From: a virus | Taxonomy: Duplodnaviria; Caudoviricetes | DNA length: 64,000 nucleotides | Reading direction: 5' to 3' (one strand) | IMG/VR virus record: IMGVR_UViG_3300025769_000099 | Coordinates: 1,532-65,531 of that record | Shown here: piece by piece, positions 27,554-35,698 of the stretch | How the letters are laid out: every line of letters starts with the position of its first letter | Position numbering within the stretch: position 1 is the first letter of the stretch | Notes under the pieces: model-generated | The model's input: the letters and a program-made list of their open reading frames with translations, nothing else | Databases searched by the model: none | Told to the model about the DNA's origin: nothing | Made by a program: the position numbers and the translations under genes

Positions 27554-27640
27554 TTGCTAGCTATTCGCTTATGTGTGTGTAATACACTTCCGTATGTACC
27601 AGTGATCAAATCTTCGACGCCACATACACACCTAATTAAG

Positions 27641-27832
27641 TTACTCGTCTAGCTTATTTTCTTCGTATAATTTTACAGCTTCTCTAATATCTTCTATATT
27701 ATAATCTATTAGTATTCTGTATGCTTTTTTGTTTTCTTGGCCTATACCTGCCGCAGCCATTTCTTTATCCGCTTGCAGTGAAACCTTCATTTCTTCTTGC
27801 ATTTCAAACCATTTTTTTACTGAATCACTCAT
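27641..27832 (-). CDS. Hypothetical early protein
   Basis: ORF, coupled to the upstream gene. Confidence 0.55.
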   Translation of the reverse strand: MSDSVKKWFEMQEEMKVSLQADKEMAAAGIGQENKKAYRILIDYNIEDIREAVKLYEENKLDE

Positions 27833-28035
27833 GATTTTATGTATTTATTAGCGAGTTTACCGATAACGAGCTGCATCAAGTAACTATGAGCTTCGTTTAT
27901 ATCTAAGGGTGTAGAGCTTAGTAATGACTCAGCGTCGCTACCGGTTAATGTCCACTCGCATATTCTGTATATTTCTTTTACTGCTTCATGTGTAGCTTTG
28001 TCAGCTAACATATCAAATTCTTTAGTTTTACTCAT
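27829..28035 (-). CDS. Hypothetical early protein
   Basis: ORF. Confidence 0.55.
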   Translation of the reverse strand: MSKTKEFDMLADKATHEAVKEIYRICEWTLTGSDAESLLSSTPLDINEAHSYLMQLVIGKLANKYIKS

Positions 28036-28048
28036 AGTTTTATATTTA

Positions 28049-28258
28049 TTATCTTAGACATGTGCCATAACCTCTGCGAGCGCCTAGCTTTCTTACACGT
28101 TTCGCCTGTTCTTTCGGCATAATCTGAATGGTATTACCGGTTTTGTGGTAAGTGATAGCAATGCAACCATAAGGTTGAGTGGTGCTACATTCGACGCAAG
28201 AGGTATAACCTAGTGCTAGACGCTGTGGAGGTATTATATTTTTACATTTGCATTTCAT
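28049..28258 (-). CDS. DksA/TraR-type C4 zinc-finger protein
   Basis: CKCKNIIPPQRLALGYTSCVEC fits C..C..IP..RL.......C..C. Confidence 0.6.
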   Translation of the reverse strand: MKCKCKNIIPPQRLALGYTSCVECSTTQPYGCIAITYHKTGNTIQIMPKEQAKRVRKLGARRGYGTCLR

Positions 28259-28265
28259 ACAATTA

Positions 28266-28290
28266 TATTATCCAATTGTGTTCGTATTTA
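28266..28290 (-). promoter_or_regulatory. Repeated early-promoter motif
   Basis: TAAATACGA-ACACAATT-GGATAATA. Confidence 0.75.
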
Positions 28291-28696
28291 TATTGTGTAC
28301 ATAGTTTCTTAAATAAAATTCTAACATAAATTTAAGTCTTGCCATACCGCTATATATTTTAGCTCTTGATATAGTTGTATATTTTTTAGTTATAGTCTTG
28401 TCACCTTCTAAAAATACCCACCTTTTCTCACGTTTGTACGTAGGATTTAGTTGATAGTTAGATGAACAAGAGTTTTGGTTTCTAACATAGCCAGTTTTGA
28501 AGCAAGCTAACCTTAGTTTGTTGCTATTTGGCCATGTTTTTCTTGATGGTACAGGGAATTCGAACTCTCTTGTGCCATTTATTGCTTGTCTTTGTGTAGT
28601 TACTTCACGAATATTGTACTCGATCAGTAATGCTCTTGCGAAAGAGTCTTCTAACATTTGTTGTTCTTGTCTCCAAGTGTATTTAGGTTTACTCAT
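28268..28696 (-). CDS. Hypothetical early protein
   Basis: ORF. Confidence 0.6.
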   Translation of the reverse strand: MSKPKYTWRQEQQMLEDSFARALLIEYNIREVTTQRQAINGTREFEFPVPSRKTWPNSNKLRLACFKTGYVRNQNSCSSNYQLNPTYKREKRWVFLEGDKTITKKYTTISRAKIYSGMARLKFMLEFYLRNYVHNINTNTIG

Positions 28697-28712
28697 AGTT
28701 AATTATTTTTTT

Positions 28713-28913
28713 TTAAATGAAAGCTTTATGTGCATTATGTAGTGCATATTCTGCAACACCTTGCCTGAATTGCCACTCACGTTTGCGATAGTTGATGTCA
28801 TTGCACCACTTTTTCCACGCAATAGTACGTGTAGATTCACCGTATTTAGCTTCATACTCTTGCACTTGCTTGAGTTTTGCTGCTATTTTGTCTGCTGGAT
28901 AATCTTTATACAT
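28713..28913 (-). CDS. Hypothetical early protein
   Basis: Likely start at MYKDYPAD (the track extends to 29027). Confidence 0.5.
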   Translation of the reverse strand: MYKDYPADKIAAKLKQVQEYEAKYGESTRTIAWKKWCNDINYRKREWQFRQGVAEYALHNAHKAFI

Positions 28914-29097
28914 AAGTTTCATTGTTAATTTTAGTAAAAGCAGGGAAAGTTCTGTATTGTTTGTCTGCTTTGTCGTAATACTTAGTGTGAGGCCAAGCGT
29001 CAAGTACTTCTGTATCGCCATTTGCATACTTTAGTATAACATTTTGAGGCTTGCCGAGTGCATTGTAGTTAGTAAATTTAAGTTTATTCATATTCAT
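28906..29097 (-). CDS. Hypothetical early protein
   Basis: ORF directly after a promoter motif. Confidence 0.55.
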   Translation of the reverse strand: MNMNKLKFTNYNALGKPQNVILKYANGDTEVLDAWPHTKYYDKADKQYRTFPAFTKINNETYV

Positions 29098-29106
29098 TAT
29101 TTATAT

Positions 29107-29131
29107 TATTATCCAACTTTGTTCGTATTTA
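29107..29131 (-). promoter_or_regulatory. Repeated early-promoter motif
   Basis: TAAATACGA-ACAAAGTT-GGATAATA. Confidence 0.75.
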
Positions 29132-29228
29132 TGTTGTATTTTCTGTACCAAGCGTCTTCTATCATCATTATTTCTCGACGAGTTAACTTGATAATCTTCT
29201 TACTTGTATGTTTTCTAGAGCGTGCCAT
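29109..29228 (-). CDS. Small basic early protein (39 aa)
   Basis: Read manually: MARSRKHTSKKIIKLTRREI...NTNKVG. Confidence 0.45.
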   Translation of the reverse strand: MARSRKHTSKKIIKLTRREIMMIEDAWYRKYNINTNKVG

Positions 29229-29507
29229 AGTGTACATCAGTATATTCTTCAATAGTTATCCATTTTTCTAACTCATTAGAGTAAATCATATTATCTATTA
29301 CGTGCTCGTCACTGAATGACCACACTTTGTCGTGTTTAAATTTTCTCATAGTTTATTAGTTGATTTATAAAATTCTATTCTGTCAAGAACATCTTGTCTA
29401 GTTATTTTATTTTCCATTTGCTGACCGATATAGTAAGACATATCTATTTCTTTACCATTATCGCAAGTTAAAATCCACTGCATATTATTATTATTTATTA
29501 GTTATTA

Positions 29508-29702
29508 TTAGTTATATATTCCGAAGTTAGCATTAGAAGGATCTATCTCACCTGTCAGTAAACCTACTATCATGAATAGTATTCCTGAAACTGCCATTGG
29601 CATCAGTACTCCGAAAGCTAACACTTCAAATGCTAGTTCTACTACTGATTTACCTTTTACATAGTTGTACACTTTGTTCTGTACGAATTTAATTTTACTC
29701 AT
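29508..29702 (-). CDS. Small membrane protein
   Basis: Long hydrophobic segment; downstream of a promoter motif. Confidence 0.55.
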   Translation of the reverse strand: MSKIKFVQNKVYNYVKGKSVVELAFEVLAFGVLMPMAVSGILFMIVGLLTGEIDPSNANFGIYN

Positions 29703-29725
29703 AGTTATTTATTTATTTACATTAT

Positions 29726-29750
29726 TATTATCCAATAGTTGTCGTATTTA
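29726..29750 (-). promoter_or_regulatory. Repeated early-promoter motif
   Basis: TAAATACGA-CAACTATT-GGATAATA. Confidence 0.75.
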
Positions 29751-29760
29751 GTTTGTAAGT

Positions 29761-29880
29761 CTAGTGAAACTCGTTATAAATTGATAGAACTTTTCTTTGT
29801 TCTGACTTAGTTAGTTGAAATACATTTTTTTCTGGGAATAGTTGCTTAGCTATTCTAATTAAAGCTGATTGATTATACAT
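29761..29880 (-). CDS. Small early protein (39 aa)
   Basis: Read manually: MYNQSALIRIAKQLFPEKNVFQLTKSEQRKVL... Confidence 0.5.
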   Translation of the reverse strand: MYNQSALIRIAKQLFPEKNVFQLTKSEQRKVLSIYNEFH

Positions 29881-29899
29881 ATTATTAAGATTTTATTAG

Positions 29900-29940
29900 T
29901 TGACATGGTGAGAATCGAACTCACATTAACCATTATGTCA
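29900..29940 (-). ncRNA. tRNA minihelix-like element (acceptor stem plus T-arm, no anticodon arm)
   Basis: TGACAT AATGGTTAAT GTGAG TTCGATT CTCAC C ATGTCA A. Confidence 0.5.
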
Positions 29941-30019
29941 TTTGATAGACTCAACTTTGTTTTGAGTGGAGAGAATCGTCGACGCCCACTTGTGCTACTG
30001 CTGTAAGAGTTAAGTTAGA

Positions 30020-30253
30020 TTATACTAACTCTTTACCTCTTAGTGCTAATGGAATATTATTAGTAGCAGTGTAAGACTTGTACTTTAACCAACATGGTAA
30101 TTTAGATAGTGTGTCTTTCATAATTGAGAAAGCTTTGTCATGTGAGTACTTTATTGTGTCACCTTTTTTGTTAGTGAATGTTACAATAGTGTTAGTGTTA
30201 AGTAGAGATTTTCTTAGTACAAATCTTTTTGAAGTGATTGAGTTTGAAGTCAT
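30020..30253 (-). CDS. Hypothetical early protein
   Basis: ORF downstream of a promoter motif. Confidence 0.6.
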   Translation of the reverse strand: MTSNSITSKRFVLRKSLLNTNTIVTFTNKKGDTIKYSHDKAFSIMKDTLSKLPCWLKYKSYTATNNIPLALRGKELV

Positions 30254-30298
30254 AGTTTTAAATTTAAGTTATTAATTATTATTATTTAGTTACATTAT

Positions 30299-30323
30299 TA
30301 TTATCCAAATTACTTAGTATTTA
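30299..30323 (-). promoter_or_regulatory. Repeated early-promoter motif (variant)
   Basis: TAAATACTA-AGTAATTT-GGATAATA. Confidence 0.7.
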
Positions 30324-30464
30324 TTATGTGTATAAAAGTAGATAATTTGTTTAGTAGTTTAAAATTAGTTAGTAGTATTCCACACTGTCTCGCAACTTCT
30401 AAATTAGTTTGGAAATTAAATGTGTTTACTATTATCATATTATATTGTTTGTTACTTACATATA

Positions 30465-30489
30465 TATTATCCATTATGAGTAGTATTTA
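30465..30489 (-). promoter_or_regulatory. Repeated early-promoter motif (variant)
   Basis: TAAATACTA-CTCATAAT-GGATAATA. Confidence 0.7.
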
Positions 30490-30544
30490 TTATGTGAGTG
30501 AATTATAATATAGTAGTGTAGTGAAGAATCTGCTATACACATGG

Positions 30545-30569
30545 TAAACACGAAATCCTATGGATAATA
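30545..30569 (+). promoter_or_regulatory. Divergent copy of the early-promoter motif
   Basis: TAAACACGA-AATCCTAT-GGATAATA on the + strand. Confidence 0.6.
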
Positions 30570-30671
30570 AGGGTGAAGCAGGTGGGGCCCGGGTAAATAT
30601 ATTGATTTTTCTTTTTATTAATCTTGGTGAGGTAGTAGGGGCAACCCTACACCCCATTATATCTAGCAACT

Positions 30672-30723
30672 TTTTTTATGACACTAGCCTTTAATAGTAT
30701 ACTAGTAACTACCTAATGTCACA
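30672..30723 (+). promoter_or_regulatory. 52-bp dyad element, copy 2
   Basis: TTTTTTATGACAC TAGCCT TTAATAG TATAC TAGTAAC TACCT AATGTCACA. Confidence 0.6.
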
Positions 30724-30782
30724 CTCTGTAAATCTACTATATTACATGTAACTATTATATGTAAGAATAAACAACAACATCT

Positions 30783-31016
30783 ATGCCAAAGCAAAAACTA
30801 TCTAAACGCGCGGCTCTGGCTAAAAAGAAAAGAGATCTCGCATACGCAAATAGTCCTAGACGTAAAGCTATGAGAGCTGAAAACCAGAGATTAAGACGTG
30901 CTAGAAAGAAAGCAGGTAAAAGCTTAAAAGGCTTAGATTATGACCATAAAACCAAGAGGTTTACAACAGTAAAAAAGAACCGTGGAAACAGAGGGCACGG
31001 TACAAAGAAAGAATAA
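30783..31016 (+). CDS. Small basic protein, HNH-like
   Basis: KGLDYDHK...KKNRG; very K/R-rich. Confidence 0.55.
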   Translation: MPKQKLSKRAALAKKKRDLAYANSPRRKAMRAENQRLRRARKKAGKSLKGLDYDHKTKRFTTVKKNRGNRGHGTKKE

Positions 31017-31048
31017 CCACACCTCTGACAACCTAAAAAACCAAAATT

Positions 31049-31339
31049 ATGACGTTTTTTTACAAGACTCAATCGTGGAGTAGTCAACCACAGATCACCA
31101 AAGAAACCATTTCAATTTGGGAGCATTTAGCTGCTAAGAAAAACTGGAGAATAGTTCAGTTACCAAATGGTTATCATCAAACCGAATACCAAGACATCGA
31201 AGATAAAGATGTATGGCACGACGTTACTAGACGAGAAACAATTGAATCAGCTGAGGCTGCAATTGATGGATCAGTCGCACACTACACAAAAAAGTTAGAG
31301 TTCACAAAAGGACCTAAAGTAGTGAAAACATTTAAATAA
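31049..31339 (+). CDS. Hypothetical protein
   Basis: ORF upstream of groEL. Confidence 0.6.
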   Translation: MTFFYKTQSWSSQPQITKETISIWEHLAAKKNWRIVQLPNGYHQTEYQDIEDKDVWHDVTRRETIESAEAAIDGSVAHYTKKLEFTKGPKVVKTFK

Positions 31340-31363
31340 TATATTAACTAACAATTTAATTTA

Positions 31364-32935
31364 ATGGAATATAGTCAACCTAGTGAGATTGTAAAAGATC
31401 TCAACTTTGGCGTCGATGCTAAAGGTAAAATTATGAATGGTGTAGATAAACTAGCAAAAGCTGTTAAGTCTACACTAGGAGCTTCTGGTAAGTGTGTTAT
31501 ATATGAAGACACATTTGGTAGACCACTGGTTACAAAAGATGGTGTAACCGTTGCGGATAGCGTAGTCTTATACGACCCGGTGGAAAACATAGGTGCAACA
31601 CTTATTAAAGAGGCTTCTAAAAACACAGTGAAAGAAGCAGGTGACGGTACTACTACAGCTATCGTCCTTGCTGAATCACTATTAAAAACTGCAATAGAAC
31701 CTGAATACAAAGATATAAGTATAAGGGAAATAAAAAGTGGTATAAAATCAGGCTACGATAAAGTAGTGGATTACATAAAAAACAATACAACACCAGTAAC
31801 AGGTGATACATTAAGCCATGTTTCTGCAATAAGTTGTAATAATGACAAAGAATTAGGTGAGTTAATATCTAGTACCTATAATAAAGTGGGTAAAGATGGT
31901 GTTGTTTTACTAGAAGAAAGTGAAACAGATGTAACTTACGCTGATATTGTTGAAGGAGTGCAAATAGCATCAAAGCTTACATCTCCTCATTTTGTCACAA
32001 ATAAAGACAGACAGCTGTGTGAGCTTGAAAATCCGTATGTATTAATAATAGCATCGGAAATACCTAATATTAGAAAGATACAATCTATATTAGAACATAT
32101 TATAAAGACTAATAGAAGTTTACTTATTGTAGCTTCTGTAAGCACACAGGTAAAATCTGCACTATTAATGAACAAGGTTAAGGGTAATATTAAGGTAAAT
32201 ATTATTGACACACCTGGTTTTGGTGCAAATAAAAGAGATACAATAGAAGATTTAGCGCTTTTAACTGGTGCTAAAGTTATAGACGAAGAGTTAGGAGATG
32301 ATTTAGATCTGATCCGACCAGATTGTTTAGGTGAAGTAGTAAAATCTGTAACAGATAACAGAACTACAGTCCTGACAACTGGTTTGTTACAAGACGAGGT
32401 CTCTAATAGAGTTAAAGAAATCGAAAAAAAGATAACAGAAACCAAAGATCCTTTCTTTAAAAAGAAATATCAAGAAAGATTAGCTATGTTAAGCGGTTCT
32501 GTGGGTGTTATTAAAGTAGGTGCTAACTCAAAAATAGAATTAAAAGAAAAGAAAGACAGAGTTGAAGATGCAATTTACGCAGTTAAGGCTGCTTTGCAAG
32601 AAGGAATTGTTCCTGGAGGCGGAATAGCACTGTTAAATGCTTCAAATACTGTAAAACCAAAGAATTTTGGCGAAGAAATACTAATAAAAGCCATAAAATC
32701 ACCATTTTTAACCATAATGTCCAACGCAAGTATCGAAGAATACGATCTACCTACTAAAAAAGGTGATGGATATGACGTTACTAGCGGTAAAATAGTAAAT
32801 ATGGTAGATTCTGGTATTGTAGATCCTGCTCTCGTTACTAAAACAGCACTAAAAAACGCAGTTAGTGTTGCTACAACTATAATTTCTGCGGATTGTATAA
32901 TTTCAAACATAAGATTAGACAATGCGAGCAGTTAA
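31364..32935 (+). CDS. groEL: Chaperonin GroEL
   Basis: TKDGVTVA, AGDGTTTA, EGIVPGGG and GIVDPALVT. Confidence 0.95.
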   Translation: MEYSQPSEIVKDLNFGVDAKGKIMNGVDKLAKAVKSTLGASGKCVIYEDTFGRPLVTKDGVTVADSVVLYDPVENIGATLIKEASKNTVKEAGDGTTTAIVLAESLLKTAIEPEYKDISIREIKSGIKSGYDKVVDYIKNNTTPVTGDTLSHVSAISCNNDKELGELISSTYNKVGKDGVVLLEESETDVTYADIVEGVQIASKLTSPHFVTNKDRQLCELENPYVLIIASEIPNIRKIQSILEHIIKTNRSLLIVASVSTQVKSALLMNKVKGNIKVNIIDTPGFGANKRDTIEDLALLTGAKVIDEELGDDLDLIRPDCLGEVVKSVTDNRTTVLTTGLLQDEVSNRVKEIEKKITETKDPFFKKKYQERLAMLSGSVGVIKVGANSKIELKEKKDRVEDAIYAVKAALQEGIVPGGGIALLNASNTVKPKNFGEEILIKAIKSPFLTIMSNASIEEYDLPTKKGDGYDVTSGKIVNMVDSGIVDPALVTKTALKNAVSVATTIISADCIISNIRLDNASS

Positions 32936-33170
32936 TTATTATATAGTAGTAGAAAAAATCAAATCCGAGCCTAAAAAGGTTGCAGGTTTGTTGATAAAAG
33001 ACGAAGAAAGTAGATATTCTAAAGGAAAAGTCATCACAATAGGTAATTTAGTACAAGGAGTGTGTGATAATGATATAGTACACTATGATAAACATACAGG
33101 CCATGACATTAGCTGGCAAGATAATGATTATCAAGTGATCACTATAAAGGACGTAGTCTTGGTAGAATGA
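32922..33170 (+). CDS. groES: Co-chaperonin GroES
   Basis: YIVVEK..AGLLI..KGKVITIG..DIVHYDK; adjacent to groEL. Confidence 0.8.
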   Translation: MRAVNYYIVVEKIKSEPKKVAGLLIKDEESRYSKGKVITIGNLVQGVCDNDIVHYDKHTGHDISWQDNDYQVITIKDVVLVE

Positions 33171-33607
33171 AATTAACCCCATCTGATTTAAGAGATATTG
33201 GTTTATTTAAATATTACAGGCTCGTTCGAAAATGGGCCTGTAAAACTTATGGGCTAACCGATGCGGATCTAGAACTATTAATATACCTTGATTGTAAAGG
33301 TAGATTTACACGTAATGATTTCATCAATGGAACTTATACTTATTCATGGGATAAGAAACGTTGGGAAAGATTACGTGATAAAGGTTATATAGAGATATGG
33401 AGGCATCGTAACCGCACTTCAATTAAATTCAGCATTTTTAAGACATCATTTAAATGCTCCCAGTTAATAAGTAGGATATACCGCATACTTTTAGCGGAAG
33501 AAGATCTGCCTACATCAGAAAGAAATACATTTTATAATAACAAATCATATACTGATAAAGTTTATAACAAAGCTATAGATGATATGATAAAAGACAAAAA
33601 CAGATAA
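33167..33607 (+). CDS. Putative winged-helix DNA-binding protein
   Basis: YGLTDADLELLIYL...RLRDKGYIE, a MarR-like pattern. Confidence 0.5.
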   Translation: MKLTPSDLRDIGLFKYYRLVRKWACKTYGLTDADLELLIYLDCKGRFTRNDFINGTYTYSWDKKRWERLRDKGYIEIWRHRNRTSIKFSIFKTSFKCSQLISRIYRILLAEEDLPTSERNTFYNNKSYTDKVYNKAIDDMIKDKNR

Positions 33608-33609
33608 TT

Positions 33610-33876
33610 ATGGGATATGCAGGACCAAAAGCAGTTTCTAAGGTAAACATGATTTTAAAGGATAAAAAATGTAACCACGGGTTACTAGGTAATCCATTAA
33701 AGAAAAAAGTAAAACCTTCTAAAGCGGGTGCAGAAGCGATGATTGAAGCAAGAGAGGAAAACGTTAAACCTTCCAAACCCCAACCAACTCCTTCAGTTAG
33801 TGAATTTGTAGCTAACAGAAAAAAAGGCTTGTTACAGAAAAGAGGTTGTAAGAGCAAGTACGGTAAAAGAAAATAA
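33610..33876 (+). CDS. Basic hypothetical protein
   Basis: K-rich ORF; shares GLLQKRG with 8854..9336. Confidence 0.55.
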   Translation: MGYAGPKAVSKVNMILKDKKCNHGLLGNPLKKKVKPSKAGAEAMIEAREENVKPSKPQPTPSVSEFVANRKKGLLQKRGCKSKYGKRK

Positions 33877-33878
33877 TA

Positions 33879-34208
33879 ATGGGTTTTAAAATGTCGCGGC
33901 CTAGTTTTCATAATGAGGATCAGCAACCTGAAATCATTAAGAAAAACTTAGGTAAGGATATAATAGCAGAAGCTAATCAAGATGGTACTATATTCTTAGA
34001 TAAATCTGTTGATAAAAATAGCAAACTAGGCAAAGAAGCTATTAGTCATGAAAAAGTACACCTCGATCAAATGGAAAGAGGTGATCTTAGTTATGACGAT
34101 AGCTATGTTTACTGGAAAGGTAAAAAATATTCAAGAGCTAATATGAAAGAGGGAGCTAAAAACTTACCTTGGGAAAAAGAAGCTTACAAAAAAGAAAAAA
34201 AATCATGA
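33879..34208 (+). CDS. Small HExxH metallopeptidase-like protein
   Basis: ISHEKVHLDQ and LPWEKEAY. Confidence 0.6.
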   Translation: MGFKMSRPSFHNEDQQPEIIKKNLGKDIIAEANQDGTIFLDKSVDKNSKLGKEAISHEKVHLDQMERGDLSYDDSYVYWKGKKYSRANMKEGAKNLPWEKEAYKKEKKS

Positions 34209-35296
34209 TCTACAAAAAAATTAAAGCAGCTAAAAAATCTAATCTACTAAGAAAAACAAAAGATCCAGAAGATGGTGATATTGTTAATATAGACGGAGAT
34301 GCTCACACATATATTAAAGATAAATTAAGAGTAGAAGGTACCAGCAAACCTAGTATTGCAACCGCTATAAGTGGTGGAACACCAGGTGAAGAATGGGAAA
34401 ACACAATGAAAAATTATTATAAAGATGGTGCTTCTATAGCGGATCTTGTAACCGCAGGACATGGTTCAACAGAGGGTTTAACTAGTTTATTCGAGGGTTT
34501 AACACAAGGTTCTAATACACCTGGTAAAACAACAATTACTACAAGTGCAAATCCATTAACAGAAACGATTAAAAAAGATCCAACCCAAAGATATAATATG
34601 GGTGAAAGAGCCGCTGAAGATGCTAACTGGGCTAAAGGTAGAATGCGTAGAGGATTAAACAGAGAGGAAAGAAAAGGTATGAAAGATATTGTTAAAGGTT
34701 TAGACCCTAAACAAAGACAAGAGTTTAAAGACAATATGAAAAAGCAAAGAAATGTTGATCTTGATGGTGATAATAAAGTTTCTTTTATGGAAAAAATAAA
34801 AGGTACTTTTGGTGGTAATAGACAACAAAAGAAATTAAATGCTTTAAATCAAATTGATGGTGTAAAAGAAGAATTTGGTCTTAAAGATAAAACAATAAGA
34901 CAAGATATAGCTAAAGCTGCTCAAGGGGCTTATGATTTTGGCGATAGAGCTAATATGAGTGAAAGAGATAAAAAGATCGAAGCCGCTTCACAAAGTAAAT
35001 ATAGTTTTGGCTTAGATAATTTTGGTGATTTTAAACCAGGTAGCACAACAACAGGTAATATGAAAGCAACTGATGATATGGAAGTAGTTGATAAATCATC
35101 TTTAGGTACTAAAACTATTTTTGATTCAGAGAACGGTATGCAAACGGTAGACGCTTCAAATCCTTTTAGCGGTATGAATTTAAATCCAGACGATTATAAA
35201 ATAGAATTAGGAGATGCTTTTAAATTTCCTAAAAAAGGTTACAAGCCTAAAAACTCAGCAATTGCTAAAAAACTAAAACCCGGAGCTGGTTATTAA
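34205..35296 (+). CDS. Hypothetical protein, possibly virion-associated
   Basis: ORF; start taken at MIYKK, overlapping the previous stop. Confidence 0.55.
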   Translation: MIYKKIKAAKKSNLLRKTKDPEDGDIVNIDGDAHTYIKDKLRVEGTSKPSIATAISGGTPGEEWENTMKNYYKDGASIADLVTAGHGSTEGLTSLFEGLTQGSNTPGKTTITTSANPLTETIKKDPTQRYNMGERAAEDANWAKGRMRRGLNREERKGMKDIVKGLDPKQRQEFKDNMKKQRNVDLDGDNKVSFMEKIKGTFGGNRQQKKLNALNQIDGVKEEFGLKDKTIRQDIAKAAQGAYDFGDRANMSERDKKIEAASQSKYSFGLDNFGDFKPGSTTTGNMKATDDMEVVDKSSLGTKTIFDSENGMQTVDASNPFSGMNLNPDDYKIELGDAFKFPKKGYKPKNSAIAKKLKPGAGY

Positions 35297-35298
35297 TT

Positions 35299-35697
35299 AT
35301 GAGTAAGTTATTAGCGAAATTATTCGGCGGAGCCGGAGGCGGTGTAATAGAAAAACTATCAGGAGTTGCTGATAAGTTTATACAGACTAAAGAAGAAAAA
35401 GCTCAGTTTGAAAAAGAAATGACTGAGATAATGATAAAAGCTGAGGCTGAAATGCAGAAGAACGTTACGGAAAGATGGCAAGCAGATTTACAGCACGGAA
35501 ATTGGTTAACTAGATCAGTTAGGCCTTTAGTACTTATATTTTTAATTGTTTCTACAGTATTATTAGTTTTTATTGATAGTGGAGCAATTGGTTTTAATGT
35601 AGAACAAAAATGGACAGATCTTTTACAACTTGTATTAATCACCGTTATAGGTGCTTATTTTGGTGGTCGAAGTTTTGAAAAACTAAAAAAGAAATAA
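35299..35697 (+). CDS. Holin (3TM/GTA-type)
   Basis: WLTRSVRPL, two TM segments and GAYFGGRSFEK. Confidence 0.75.
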   Translation: MSKLLAKLFGGAGGGVIEKLSGVADKFIQTKEEKAQFEKEMTEIMIKAEAEMQKNVTERWQADLQHGNWLTRSVRPLVLIFLIVSTVLLVFIDSGAIGFNVEQKWTDLLQLVLITVIGAYFGGRSFEKLKKK

Positions 35698-35698
35698 C

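Noticed and set aside
25617-30569. Repeated 25-bp motif as a CRISPR array
   Set aside because: Spacing is irregular (hundreds of bp), genes lie in between, the core is variable and no cas genes are present; it fits a promoter
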